From NCBI GenBank assembly GCA_945897795.1, contig CAMDFT010000002.1, positions 12,277 to 76,276 of the forward strand: 64,000 nt of DNA, read 5' to 3'. The notes below the pieces were generated by a model. It was not told the origin of the DNA. It saw only the letters and a program-made list of their open reading frames with translations, and did not search any database. Positions within the stretch are counted from its first letter, which is position 1, and every line of letters starts with the position of its first letter. Below are positions 23,012 through 33,222 of the stretch, piece after piece. The position numbers and the translations under genes are program-made. The stretch is from Limnohabitans sp. Rim8. Lineage in GTDB: Bacteria; Pseudomonadota; Gammaproteobacteria; Burkholderiales; Burkholderiaceae_C.

Positions 23012-23989
23012 TTACTTTTTGAGTTCAACGACCATGGAGTCGTCGTACAGAGCGGCGGCTTCTTTGGTCACGTCTTTTTGCACAATGCCTTGCTTGAAGG
23101 CGGCTTCAGCCAAGCGCGAAACTTGTTCTTTGGTCAAGACGCCACCGAGCTTGATGATCTTGGCCGACTCTTTGGTCACGCTCAGTGGCAAGCCGGTGTA
23201 CTTGGAGTAAGCATCGGCAAACACATCCTTGTTCTTGCTCAGGGTTTCTTCGGCCTTGAGGTAAGCCCACAAGAAACGACGCACCAATTCTTTCTTTTGG
23301 GTCATGGCTTCGCCCGAGGCGGCCAGCATGCCCAACTCGGCACCCACAGCGCGCGATTGGCTGTACTCCAGCTTTTGCGAGAAGTAGGCATCGCCTTCGG
23401 CCACAGCTTGAGACTCAAAGGGCTCCCACAGCACCATGGCATCGATGTCGCCGCGCTTCATCGCCTGCACAAAAGCGGTGCCGCCACCTTGCACGTTCAC
23501 GGGGGTGAACGTGTTGTAGGGGATGTTTCTCTCGATCAAAGTCATGGCCCACTGGAACCAGACGGCCGAGCCCGGGGCAATGGCAATCTTCTTGCCTGCA
23601 ATGTCGCCCCAGTCATCGATCTTCGCGCCTTTGCGCACCACCAGGTATTTGGGCGAGCTGCCCACGCCGGTCAGGCCAATCAGGTTTTTGCTGCCTTGTC
23701 CGGCCACGATGGCCAGGTCACCGGCACCCACGGCAGACACGTCGACCGAATTGGACAACAGTGCGGTGCGGGCATCGGCGTAGCGCACAAATTCTGCGCG
23801 CTTGACTTCGATGTTCATTTTCTTGAGTTCTTCTTCGACCAAGAGCATGGGCGAGAGGTGGCCCACTTTGACATAACCCACCGTGAGGGTGGCTTTGTCT
23901 TTGAGGGGGGCGGGCGCTGGGCCCAAGGCCAAAGCCATGCCGGTGGAGACCGACAGGGCAATGCCGATGAGGGAAGTCAAAAGTTTCAT
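23012..23989 (-). CDS. ABC transporter substrate-binding protein (SsuA/TauA/NMT1 type)
   Basis: Signal peptide MKLLTSLIGIAL, DIAGKKIA..GS, GDIDAMVLWEP; start set at ATG 23989. Confidence 0.88.
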   Translation of the reverse strand: MKLLTSLIGIALSVSTGMALALGPAPAPLKDKATLTVGYVKVGHLSPMLLVEEELKKMNIEVKRAEFVRYADARTALLSNSVDVSAVGAGDLAIVAGQGSKNLIGLTGVGSSPKYLVVRKGAKIDDWGDIAGKKIAIAPGSAVWFQWAMTLIERNIPYNTFTPVNVQGGGTAFVQAMKRGDIDAMVLWEPFESQAVAEGDAYFSQKLEYSQSRAVGAELGMLAASGEAMTQKKELVRRFLWAYLKAEETLSKNKDVFADAYSKYTGLPLSVTKESAKIIKLGGVLTKEQVSRLAEAAFKQGIVQKDVTKEAAALYDDSMVVELKK

Positions 23990-24011
23990 CTGAATACTCC
24001 TGGGTTGGTAG

Positions 24012-24788
24012 TTATTGGCCGGTGAACTGAGGGGACCGCTTTTGTGCGAAAGCCAGCCGGCCTTCCGCATAATCTGTGCTTTTGAAACAGGCGTCGATGG
24101 TGGTTTTCACTGACATCATGTCTTTTTCATCATCTGCCAAGGCCACCAGGGTTTTCTTGGCGGCCTGAATGGTCAAGGGGGCATTGGTGGCGATCTCTTG
24201 GGCCAATGCGGTGCAGTGCGAGAAAACATCTTCAACTACAGCAAGGACCATGCCCATAGCCTGTGCGCTTGGCGCGTCATAGACCCGGGCGGTATAAAAA
24301 GCCTCGGCTGTGGCCTGAGGCCCCAGGTTGTTCAGGATGTTTTTCATGTTGTCGATGTCGTAGCCCAGTCCCAAACGGGCCGCAGGCATGCGAAAACGCG
24401 AATGCGGCGCTGCGTAACGCATGTCGCAACTCAAAGCCAGGCCCAGCCCGCCGCCATAACAAATGCCACTGATGGCCGCAATCACCGGCACCCGGCAGCG
24501 AAAAATCGCCTGCTGTGTGCGTTTGACCATGTCGTTGTAATGCGCCACCGAGGCTTCGGAGTTGCGTTGGGTTTCGAACTCGCTGATGTTGGCGCCCGAC
24601 ACAAACGACTTCTCGCCCGCACCGCGCAGCACACACACGCGGACTTCAGGGCGACGGTCAATCTCGTCAAAAGCCGCCAGCAAGGCCGTCCACATGCCCA
24701 GGCTCATCGCGTTGTGCCGGGTCACGTCGTCGATCGTGACCTGTGCCACATGGCCTTGCACGCTCAGATCGATGCGGCCTTCGTTCAT
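24012..24788 (-). CDS. Enoyl-CoA hydratase family protein
   Basis: FVSGANISEF, GICYGGGLGLALSCD, PAARLGLGY. Confidence 0.9.
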   Translation of the reverse strand: MNEGRIDLSVQGHVAQVTIDDVTRHNAMSLGMWTALLAAFDEIDRRPEVRVCVLRGAGEKSFVSGANISEFETQRNSEASVAHYNDMVKRTQQAIFRCRVPVIAAISGICYGGGLGLALSCDMRYAAPHSRFRMPAARLGLGYDIDNMKNILNNLGPQATAEAFYTARVYDAPSAQAMGMVLAVVEDVFSHCTALAQEIATNAPLTIQAAKKTLVALADDEKDMMSVKTTIDACFKSTDYAEGRLAFAQKRSPQFTGQ

Positions 24789-25981
24789 ACAACCCCCCGG
24801 GCGTGAAAGCCTTCAATGTCGGCCGCCAAGAACCCCAGGTCGCCCAGCACCTCGTCGGTGTGCTCGCCCCAGCCCGGTGCCGGGGCCACCACCTTGGACG
24901 GCGTTCGGCTCAGCACCACGGGTTGGGTGATGAAGTGCATGTCTTTGCCAAACTGCGTGGGCAGTGTGGCGGTCACATTCAGGTGCTTGACCTGCTCGTC
25001 TTCAAACACCTGGGGCACGGTGTACACGGGGCCTGCAGGCACGCCCGCTTGGTTGAGCAGCGACACCCACTGGTGCACGGTTTTCTTGGGAAACTCTTGC
25101 GCGATCAGTTGATTCAAGCGGGCCCTGTTTTTGACTCGCAGGGGCTCGGTCACAAACTCCGGGTCTTGGTACCAGTCGGGTTTTTGCAGCACTTCGCAAA
25201 AGCGCTTCCAGTTGCCCTCGCCCGATGCGCCCAGGTTGAAGCAGCCATCGCTGGCCTCGAACAAACCCATCGGCGAGCTGGTCGGGTGGTTGTTGCCCAC
25301 CTGCACCGGCACATCGTTGTCGTTCAGGTAGCGGGCCATCTGGAAATCCATCATGGCAATTTGCGAATGCAGCAAGGAACTTTGCACCCACTGGCCCTGG
25401 CCCGACGTCTCACGCTCGATCAAGGCGACCAAAATGCCGATGGCGCAGTAAAGCCCGGCGCTCAGGTCGGCCACCGCCAAGCCCGCCCGGATGGGGCCGT
25501 GTTCGGGTTCACCCGTCACGCTCATCAGCCCGCCCATGCCCTGGATGATCTGGTCAAACCCGGGCCGCCAGGCATAGGGACCATCCTGCCCAAAGCCGGA
25601 AATGCTGGCCAAAATGATGCGCGGGTTGAGGGCCTTGAGCGATTCGTAATCCAGACCCAGGCGGTCCTTGACATCAGGCCGCCAGTTTTCCACCACCACA
25701 TCGGCTTCGGCGATCATCCGTTTGAGGATGTCCATCGCCCCCTCTTTCTTGAGGTTCAGCGTCATCGAGCGTTTGTTGCGGTTGATGTTCTGAAAGTCGC
25801 CGCCTTTGCGGTTGGCTGCAAACATGGCTTCATTGGGGTCCACGCCTTCGGGCGGCTCGACGCGCACCACATCCGCCCCAAAATCGGTCAAGATGCGCAC
25901 GCAATTGGGGCCGGCACGGACGCGGGACAGGTCGATGACCTTGAAACGTGACAGCGCGATGGAAGCTTGGATTTTGGCCAT
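24785..25981 (-). CDS. CaiB/BaiF family (class III) CoA-transferase
   Basis: DLSRVRAGP, NRNKRS, ADVVVENWRP, ISGFGQDGP, LAVADLSAG; start at MAKIQ. Confidence 0.93.
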   Translation of the reverse strand: MAKIQASIALSRFKVIDLSRVRAGPNCVRILTDFGADVVRVEPPEGVDPNEAMFAANRKGGDFQNINRNKRSMTLNLKKEGAMDILKRMIAEADVVVENWRPDVKDRLGLDYESLKALNPRIILASISGFGQDGPYAWRPGFDQIIQGMGGLMSVTGEPEHGPIRAGLAVADLSAGLYCAIGILVALIERETSGQGQWVQSSLLHSQIAMMDFQMARYLNDNDVPVQVGNNHPTSSPMGLFEASDGCFNLGASGEGNWKRFCEVLQKPDWYQDPEFVTEPLRVKNRARLNQLIAQEFPKKTVHQWVSLLNQAGVPAGPVYTVPQVFEDEQVKHLNVTATLPTQFGKDMHFITQPVVLSRTPSKVVAPAPGWGEHTDEVLGDLGFLAADIEGFHARGVV

Positions 25982-26022
25982 AAATTGTGTGTTGGAAGAC
26001 CTTAAAAACAAAGTCACCATCC

Positions 26023-26036
26023 ATAAATATATTTAT
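26023..26036. promoter_or_regulatory. Palindrome ATAAATATATTTAT in the AT-rich divergent promoter; candidate GntR operator
   Basis: Perfect 14-bp dyad between the caiB-like gene and gntR; function inferred. Confidence 0.4.
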
Positions 26037-26098
26037 AGCCCATATCCGCATGCATAGCAATATGACAAAATATCAGTGTTTGCCCTAAGAAACCCCCC

Positions 26099-26764
26099 AT
26101 GAAAGTCAGCGACCAAATCCGTTTGTACTTGGAAGAAGCCATCTCCAAGGGTGATTTGTTGCCCGGGGATGCCATCGACGAAAGTGCTTTGGCTGAACAA
26201 TTTGGTGTGTCAAAAACACCCATTCGCGAAGCCCTCATTCAATTGCAGGCCCAGGGCTGGGTCAGCAACATGCCCCGGGGCGGCAGCACCGTGGCCAAGA
26301 TGAACCTGCAGCAACTGCTCAGCCTGTGGGAGCTGCTGGCCGAGCTCGAAGCCGTGGCCGTGCGCTTGGCCTGCGAGCGCATGAGTGAAGAAGACATGCA
26401 AAAGCTGTTCGCCTTGCACGAAGAAAGCCGCCCGGTGGCCGCGGCCGAAGACTTGCAGGGCTGGCAAAAACTCAACTTGGCGTTTCATGAGCTCATTTAT
26501 CAAGGCACACGCAACCCGTTTTTGCGGCAAGAGGTCTTGCGCATCCGATTTAGGACGGGCGTTTATCGGCGCCACGCCTTTGGCGCTTTGGGCCGTTTGC
26601 AGGCCTCTTTTGACCAGCATGAATTGATCGTGCAAGCCCTCAGGCAGCGCAATGCGGAGGGCGCCGTCGAATCCATGCGCGACCACATGCGACCCGGGCG
26701 CGATGCCAAAAGCCTCAATGATTTCATCTTGAACCTGCCCACAGACCTGTTGGCGTCCCAGTAA
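26099..26764 (+). CDS. GntR family regulator (FCD domain)
   Basis: ESALAEQFGVSKTPIREAL HTH, FH..I and H..I FCD motifs. Confidence 0.93.
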   Translation: MKVSDQIRLYLEEAISKGDLLPGDAIDESALAEQFGVSKTPIREALIQLQAQGWVSNMPRGGSTVAKMNLQQLLSLWELLAELEAVAVRLACERMSEEDMQKLFALHEESRPVAAAEDLQGWQKLNLAFHELIYQGTRNPFLRQEVLRIRFRTGVYRRHAFGALGRLQASFDQHELIVQALRQRNAEGAVESMRDHMRPGRDAKSLNDFILNLPTDLLASQ

Positions 26765-26800
26765 AGAAGCGCTTGCGGGGCGCCCCTTAAAATCCCCTGC

Positions 26801-27646
26801 ATGACCTTTCTTGACATGCTGAGCGCCGCTGAGCGCCAAAACGGCTCCATGCTTTGCGTGGGCCTGGACCCCGAACCCACCAAATTTCCGGACCGCTACA
26901 AGGGCGACGCCAACAAGATCTACGACTTTTGCGCCGCCATCGTGGACGCCACGGCCGACCTGGTCAGTAGCTTCAAACCCCAAATTGCCTACTTTGCTGC
27001 GCACCGTGCCGAAGGCCAGCTTGAACGCCTGATGGAGCACATTCGCCGCGTGGCCCCGCATGTGCCGATCATTCTGGACGCCAAGCGCGGCGACATTGGC
27101 AGCACGGCCGAGCAGTACGCCAAAGAAGCCTTTGAACGCTACGGCGCCGACGCCGTGACCCTCTCGCCCTTCATGGGCTGGGATTCGGTCGCACCCTATT
27201 TGCAATACCACGGCAAAGGCGCTTTCTTGCTCTGCCGCACCTCCAACCCCGGTGGTGACGATCTGCAAAACCAACGTTTGGCCTCGGTTGAAGGGCAGCC
27301 TTTGTTGTACGAACACGTTGCCAAACTGGCCCAAGGCCCATGGAACCTGAACGGTCAGTTGGGCCTGGTGGTGGGCGCGACCTATCCCGCTGAGATTGAA
27401 CGCGTGCGCGAACTCGCCCCCACCGTGCCTCTTTTGATTCCCGGCGTGGGCGCACAAGGCGGTGACGCCGTGGCCACCGTCAAGGCGGGCTGGCGTGCCC
27501 ACGCCGACGGCTCCAGCGCGGGTGCCATCATCGTCAACTCGTCGCGTGCGGTGCTGTATGCATCCAGCGGTGATGACTTTGAAGCCGCGGCGCGGCGCGT
27601 GGCCATGCAGACGCGGGACATGCTGGAAGCGGCAAAGCCCCAATAA
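26801..27646 (+). CDS. pyrF: Orotidine-5'-phosphate decarboxylase
   Basis: [47 protein letters not shown]. Confidence 0.97.
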   Translation: MTFLDMLSAAERQNGSMLCVGLDPEPTKFPDRYKGDANKIYDFCAAIVDATADLVSSFKPQIAYFAAHRAEGQLERLMEHIRRVAPHVPIILDAKRGDIGSTAEQYAKEAFERYGADAVTLSPFMGWDSVAPYLQYHGKGAFLLCRTSNPGGDDLQNQRLASVEGQPLLYEHVAKLAQGPWNLNGQLGLVVGATYPAEIERVRELAPTVPLLIPGVGAQGGDAVATVKAGWRAHADGSSAGAIIVNSSRAVLYASSGDDFEAAARRVAMQTRDMLEAAKPQ

Positions 27647-27657
27647 AGGAGACCCGC

Positions 27658-28422
27658 ATGTATGAACATTTGATTCTCAAAGAACAAGGCCGCCTGGTTG
27701 AAGTTCATTTGAACCGGCCCCAAGTTAGGCACGCCCTGTCTCGCGCCCTGATGCGCGAGATCACCGCCGTGGCGCGCGCCCTGAGCGATCGCACAGACAT
27801 TGACGTGGTCATCCTGACGGGAGATATGCGCTGCTTTTCAGCGGGTGCTGATCTGAACGATGCGCAAGCCTGGGCCGACGACAGCTTGTCCACGGTGCAG
27901 CGGCGCGACATTGCGGGCACGGGTTTTCGGATGTGCAAGGCCTGGGAAGAAATGCCGCAAATCACCATCGCCGCCATCGAAGGCTATGCCGTGGGCGGCG
28001 GGCTGGCGCTGTCATTGGCCTGCGACTGGCGTGTGCTGGCGCAAGACGCCTTTGTGTCCTTGCCCGAAATCGCCTTGGGCATTCCGCTCACCTGGGGCAC
28101 CATCCCCCGTTTGGTCAACCTGCTGGGCCCAGCCAAAGCCAAACGCTTGACCATCTTGTGCGAACGCGTGACTGCACCCGAAGCCTTGAGCCTCGGTCTG
28201 GTTGACTACACCTGTGACAAAGGCCAAGCCTTGATCCGCGCACAAGCCCTGGCCGCGCAAACCCTGGCCCAACCCGCCGCCACCCTGCGCATGAGCAAAG
28301 AATCGGTCAACGCGGCCGCCACAGCCTTGAATCACGCCACCTCGTACATGGCACACGACCAGATCGCGCTGGCCGCATCCAGCCCCGAGTCACGCGCTGC
28401 GCGGGATCAGGCTTTGCGTTGA
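27658..28422 (+). CDS. Enoyl-CoA hydratase/isomerase family protein
   Basis: LNRP, FSAGADL, AVGGGLALSLACD, PEIALG; AGGAG RBS. Confidence 0.9.
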   Translation: MYEHLILKEQGRLVEVHLNRPQVRHALSRALMREITAVARALSDRTDIDVVILTGDMRCFSAGADLNDAQAWADDSLSTVQRRDIAGTGFRMCKAWEEMPQITIAAIEGYAVGGGLALSLACDWRVLAQDAFVSLPEIALGIPLTWGTIPRLVNLLGPAKAKRLTILCERVTAPEALSLGLVDYTCDKGQALIRAQALAAQTLAQPAATLRMSKESVNAAATALNHATSYMAHDQIALAASSPESRAARDQALR

Positions 28423-28624
28423 AGCCTGCAAGCCATCCGCTTACAGGGTGAGATTGGGCAAAGCTTGGACTGTCCAAACAAACGCCCATTCAGGGCGCAA
28501 TAGCCAACCTGACCATTCAACACTTTGTCATGCAATCGCGTGCCCTCTGCTGTCACCTAAATGCACCCCAGCCCTCTGGTCTTCGGTGCAGAATAGGTTT
28601 TTTTGATTTCAGGCAGACCATCCC

Positions 28625-29038
28625 ATGCAACCATTCCACTTGGCTTTTCCCGTCACCTCTTTGGCCAAGGCCAGAGCGTTTTATGGTGAACTTTTGGGTT
28701 GTTCAGAAGGCCGCTCCAGTGAGCATTGGATCGACTTCAATTTTTATGGCCACCAAATCGTGGCGCACCTGAGCCCTTCAGAGGCGGGTCACCACAACAC
28801 CAGCGCGGTGGATGGCGACAACGTGCCGGTGCGGCACTTTGGTTTGGTGATGGAGATGGGCCAGTGGGAGGCCATGGCCGACAAGCTCAAAAAAGCGGGC
28901 ACTTCATTTGTCATTGAGCCGCACATCCGCTTCAAGGGCCAAGTGGGTGAACAGGCCACCATGTTCTTTTTAGACCCTTGCGGCAATGCGGTGGAGTTCA
29001 AGGCGTTTGCCAACCCCGAGAGCCTTTTCGCCAAGTAA
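28625..29038 (+). CDS. VOC (glyoxalase/extradiol dioxygenase-like) family protein
   Basis: FHLAFPV, GHQIVAHL, VPVRHFG, DPCGNAVEFK. Confidence 0.9.
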   Translation: MQPFHLAFPVTSLAKARAFYGELLGCSEGRSSEHWIDFNFYGHQIVAHLSPSEAGHHNTSAVDGDNVPVRHFGLVMEMGQWEAMADKLKKAGTSFVIEPHIRFKGQVGEQATMFFLDPCGNAVEFKAFANPESLFAK

Positions 29039-29053
29039 ACCTCAGCGCCTTTT

Positions 29054-30103
29054 TCAGGGTTTCAACGACTGCATCACTTGGGCGATGCAGTCGTTGGTTT
29101 TGGCGGCGTCAATCCACCGCATGATGCACACCAATTCCAGCACGGGATCTACCCAGGTGATGGATGAGCCCGCACCAATGGCAAACCACGAAGTGCGGGG
29201 TGCATCCTTGAACAAGGCGCCATCTTTGTTGAGCCAAATCAGGTAGCCGTAATAGGGCGCGATGTCGCAGGGTTGCTGCATCATCTTTAGCCATTGCTTG
29301 GACAAAATTTGTTGGCCTTTGAACTGGCCTTGCCCCATGAGCATCAGGCCAATCAGTGCCTGGTCCATGGCCGAGATGGACACGCCGCCTCCCCAGTGGC
29401 TGCCGCCCGGCACCGACATCATGCGTTGACCGTTGACCTCGGTCCAGCCTTGCTCGTAGCCCACCCATTGAAACGCGTCCGAACACCCCAGAGGTTGTCG
29501 GAAAAACTCTTCAAACACGTCGGGCAGCGGGCGCTTGAACAAATGCAGCAAGGCCAATGACAGTTGGTTGATCCGAACGTCGTTGTACTCAAACCGGGAG
29601 CCCGGCTCGCCCAGCGGTCTGGCATCGCCTTTGGTGCCGTCGGCTTGCCCGGTTTGGTAAGGCAGCCAACGGTAGCGGTCGACCTGCTCGGGAATGCCCA
29701 AGCAAGTGCCTTCCCATTCGCTGGTTTGCTGCAGCAAATGGTGCCAAGTGATGCGCGACAAACGTTCGCCCTCAAAGCCAATGCCGGGGCATTGTTGAAC
29801 CACCGGCGAGTGGACGTCTTTCAACAACCCTTGGTCAAAAGCCAGACCGGCCAGCAAGGCCAGGTATGTTTTGGCCACACTGAAAGTCAGGTCGGCCTTG
29901 TGCGGCTCGCCCCATTGGGCCAGCAACTGGTGTTGGTGAAACAGAACCCCCGACACAGGCCCACGCCCATGGACCGGGCCATACAAGCGGTTGTAAGGCG
30001 GTGGGTCCACGTCGTGGATGCCCCAAGGCGGCGAGGTGTCACGCGACCAAGGGGTTTCGCACGACTGGATGAATTCAAGGGTCGATTCAAGTGAGGGGGT
30101 CAT
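29054..30103 (-). CDS. Serine hydrolase, beta-lactamase-like fold
   Basis: FSVAK (SxxK), HLLQQTS, FEYND, HWGGG; start at MTPSLE. Confidence 0.85.
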   Translation of the reverse strand: MTPSLESTLEFIQSCETPWSRDTSPPWGIHDVDPPPYNRLYGPVHGRGPVSGVLFHQHQLLAQWGEPHKADLTFSVAKTYLALLAGLAFDQGLLKDVHSPVVQQCPGIGFEGERLSRITWHHLLQQTSEWEGTCLGIPEQVDRYRWLPYQTGQADGTKGDARPLGEPGSRFEYNDVRINQLSLALLHLFKRPLPDVFEEFFRQPLGCSDAFQWVGYEQGWTEVNGQRMMSVPGGSHWGGGVSISAMDQALIGLMLMGQGQFKGQQILSKQWLKMMQQPCDIAPYYGYLIWLNKDGALFKDAPRTSWFAIGAGSSITWVDPVLELVCIMRWIDAAKTNDCIAQVMQSLKP

Positions 30104-30140
30104 GTGCAAGCGCTTGTGGGTGAAGGGGGGTGGGGGGCTT

Positions 30141-31328
30141 TTAAGCGAGGGCTGCTTTGGCCGCTTGCTGTGACTTGTAGACCAGTTTGCGCGCCATGCT
30201 CCAGCGGTGGACTTCGCTTGGGCCGTCATAAATCCGGAAGGCGCGCATGTCCATGAAGATGCGCATCACGGGCGTGTCGGCTGTGACGCCCTGGCCACCC
30301 AGAATTTGCACGCAGCGATCGACCACGCGCCATTCGGCTTCGGAGCAGGCCACTTTGGCACGGCTCGATTCGAAGCCGCCTTTTTGGCCCTGGTCGAGCA
30401 GCCAGGCGGTGTACCAGATGTGCAGTCTGGCGGTGTGCAGGTCGATGTCGTTGTCGGCCAGCATGAAGCCCACACCTTCGTGTTTGGCCAGCGGTTTGCC
30501 AAAGGCGTGGCGGCGGCTGGCGTAATCCAGGGCGATGTCATGTGCGCGCCGCGCTTGACCCAGCCAGCGCATGCAGTGCGTCAGGCGTGCTGGTGCCAGC
30601 CGAATTTGTGCGTAACGAAAGCCCTGGCCCACTTCGCCCAGCACATCGGTGGCAGGCACGCGCACGTTGTCAAAACGCAGCACGCCATGGCCGCCGGTGA
30701 AGCAGTTGTCCATCGCGTCCATGCTGCGCTCCAGCGTGATGCCCGCTTTGTCCATGTCGGTCAAAAACATGGTGGCCGTGCCGTCTTCCATGCGGGCCAT
30801 GACGATGACGTAATCCGCGCCATCAGCACCGGTGATGAACCATTTGAGGCCATTGATAAGGTAATCGTCACCATCGCGCACGGCGGTGGTTTTGAGCATG
30901 GACGGGTCAGCGCCCGCGCCGGGGTCGGGCTCGGTCATGGCAAAGCATGAGCGCGTGAGGCCCGCCGCCTGCGGGCGCAGCCAGCGCTCTTTTTGCGCGG
31001 GGGTGGCCACTTCTTCCATCAGGTGGATGTTGCCTTCGTCGGGTGCATGGATGTTGAGTGCCGTGGGCCCCAGGTTGGAGTAACCGGCTTCTTCAAACAC
31101 CACCGCTTTGGCGATGTGGCTCAGGCCCAGGCCGCCCATTTCTTTGGATGCGTGTGGTGTGAGCAAGCCGGCTGCGCGTGCGCGCGCCACCAGCTCGCGG
31201 CGCAGGTCTTCGGATGGGCCGTGCAGGCCGTGGCGAGGGTCGCCCTCCAGCGGGATGACTTGCTCTGCAATGAACTGCCGTGTGCGCTCGCGCAGGGCTG
31301 CAATGTCCGGTGGGATGTCGAAGTTCAT
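30141..31328 (-). CDS. Acyl-CoA dehydrogenase
   Basis: CFAMTEP, NGLKWFITGA, QILGGQG, RIYDGPSEVH. Confidence 0.94.
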   Translation of the reverse strand: MNFDIPPDIAALRERTRQFIAEQVIPLEGDPRHGLHGPSEDLRRELVARARAAGLLTPHASKEMGGLGLSHIAKAVVFEEAGYSNLGPTALNIHAPDEGNIHLMEEVATPAQKERWLRPQAAGLTRSCFAMTEPDPGAGADPSMLKTTAVRDGDDYLINGLKWFITGADGADYVIVMARMEDGTATMFLTDMDKAGITLERSMDAMDNCFTGGHGVLRFDNVRVPATDVLGEVGQGFRYAQIRLAPARLTHCMRWLGQARRAHDIALDYASRRHAFGKPLAKHEGVGFMLADNDIDLHTARLHIWYTAWLLDQGQKGGFESSRAKVACSEAEWRVVDRCVQILGGQGVTADTPVMRIFMDMRAFRIYDGPSEVHRWSMARKLVYKSQQAAKAALA

Positions 31329-31550
31329 GGTCGAGTTTCCTCAAATCGTTGAACAGGGTTTCTTGAGGTCATTGGAAAGGCTGCAGCGGCCTCGCCCTGT
31401 CCGGCCCGTGACTGGGTGTCGCCTGGGTGTCTTCTCTTGTACTTGGAAGCGGCCTGTCATCTGTGTGGCATGCCCACGAACAGGTGAGTGCTAGTCTGTT
31501 CAAAATGGCTGTGAGGCCATGACATGCCCCTGACCAAAAAAGGAAAAACC

Positions 31551-32171
31551 ATGAAGCTCTACACCGCCCACCGCGCGCCCAGCCCTCGCCGGGTGCTGAT
31601 GTTTTTGATCGAGAAAAACATCGCTGGCATCGAGATGGTGAACATGGACCTGAACGGCGGCGAGCACCGCACGCCCGAATACCTGGCCAAAAGCCCGCTG
31701 GCCAAAGTGCCTGCGCTGGAGCTGGATGACGGCCGCGTGATCACCGAGACACGGGCGATCTGCACTTTGCTGGAGGGCCGCTTTCCCGAGCCCAACCTGA
31801 TGGGCGTGGACGGCGACGAGCGCGGCTTCATCGAGATGGCCGACCGGCAGGTGGAGCTGTATCTGTTGGGCGGCATTGCCAACGCGATCCGTCACAGCCA
31901 TCCGGGCTTGGCGGCTTTAGAGAAACCGCAGTTCCCCGAGTTTGGCCGCTCTCAGGCCGAGAAGGTGCGGGATGTGGCGCGGGGTCTTGACCAGCGCCTG
32001 CAAAGCCAGCCCTTCATCGCGGGCGAGCGTTTCACCATAGCCGACATCACCGCGTTTTGCGCGCTGGAGTTTGCGCGGGGCCTGATGAAGTTTGTGCCCG
32101 GCGACGAGGGCATGCACGCCTTGCAGGCCTGGCGAGATCGGGTCAACGAAAGACCGAGCGCGAAGGTCTGA
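31551..32171 (+). CDS. Glutathione S-transferase family protein
   Basis: APSPRRV, KVPALELDDG..ITETRAI, FTIADI; RBS before ATG 31551. Confidence 0.92.
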   Translation: MKLYTAHRAPSPRRVLMFLIEKNIAGIEMVNMDLNGGEHRTPEYLAKSPLAKVPALELDDGRVITETRAICTLLEGRFPEPNLMGVDGDERGFIEMADRQVELYLLGGIANAIRHSHPGLAALEKPQFPEFGRSQAEKVRDVARGLDQRLQSQPFIAGERFTIADITAFCALEFARGLMKFVPGDEGMHALQAWRDRVNERPSAKV

Positions 32172-32960
32172 TCAGGTCTTCACAAAGCCCATGCGTTTGC
32201 TGACCTCGGCCGCGCAGGCTTTGATGGCGGTGGCTTCTTTGCCTTTCCAGGCGGTATCAAAGATGCCAGATGACCCCATCAGGGTGATGGACAAAACGAT
32301 GTTGCCCGAATAGTCAAAAACCGGGGCTGCAAAAGCATTCACGCCGGGTGTCGGGTTGCTGATCGCGCGAGACAGACCGTGTCGGCGCACCTCGTCGAGT
32401 TTGAGTTTGATCTCGGCCGGTTTGAGCGGGCGGGCAATGTCCGGCCCGAGGCGTTTGAAATCTTCTTGCATGGACTCCTGGATCAACTGTTGCGGCAGAT
32501 AGGCTGCAAAGATTCGCCCCGTTGAGGTGCCCGCCAAGGACATCACCGTGCCGGTGCGCAGGTTGACGTGCAGGGGATAAACCGGATCGATCAAACGCAC
32601 GATCGTGGGCCCCAGGTTGCCCCAGACCGCCAGCGCTACGCTGTGCCGCGTCTGCTCGGCCAGGGCCAGGGCAAATGGTGTGGCTTCGCGCACGGTGTCC
32701 AGATTTTGCAGGCTTAACAGGCCCAGCTGAATGGCCGTTGGACCTAACCAGTAGTGGCCGGTGGTGCTGTCTTGCTTGACCAGCCCGATCTTGCCAAAAC
32801 TCACCAGGTAAGGGTGGGCGCGGCCAGGTGGCATGCCCGCGGCGCGGGCCAAATCGCTCAGGGCCATGGGCCGACCCTGCGCGGCCAAGGCCCGCAGCAA
32901 AGTACCGCCGACCTCAATGGACTGTATGCCCCTGCGCTCTTTTTCGTCTTTTCCAACCAT
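32172..32960 (-). CDS. IclR family transcriptional regulator
   Basis: RGIQSIEVG, AHPYLVSF..GLV, TSTGRIF, GVNAFAAPVF. Confidence 0.94.
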   Translation of the reverse strand: MVGKDEKERRGIQSIEVGGTLLRALAAQGRPMALSDLARAAGMPPGRAHPYLVSFGKIGLVKQDSTTGHYWLGPTAIQLGLLSLQNLDTVREATPFALALAEQTRHSVALAVWGNLGPTIVRLIDPVYPLHVNLRTGTVMSLAGTSTGRIFAAYLPQQLIQESMQEDFKRLGPDIARPLKPAEIKLKLDEVRRHGLSRAISNPTPGVNAFAAPVFDYSGNIVLSITLMGSSGIFDTAWKGKEATAIKACAAEVSKRMGFVKT

Positions 32961-33168
32961 GTGTATCCATTACTTGTGCATAAAAAATTGAATTCGAATT
33001 TTGAACAATTATCAAATCATCGCGGCTGGGGTTAAACATTAACCTTTATTCCCCGGAGCTCTTTTTCGTCTTTTCTAACCATGTCCATCCATCACTTGTG
33101 TGCAACAACTCGAGTTCGAATTCTTAGCCGTTAGCAAATGATCGCTGCTGGGGTTAACCATTAGCCTA
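32925..33168. repeat. Degenerate 122-bp tandem duplication of the iclR 5' end plus the divergent promoter
   Basis: 32936-33048 aligns without gaps to 33058-33170 at about 91/113 identity (hand count). Confidence 0.9.
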
Positions 33169-33222
33169 TAAAAGAAGTTTTCGTCATACACTAATTTTTA
33201 ACCAAGCCTTGGAGACTTCAAG

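Noticed and set aside
28561-28591. TGCACC...GGTGCA as an NtrC site upstream of the VOC gene
   Set aside because: Half-site spacing is far longer than the canonical site and no sigma54 motif was seen
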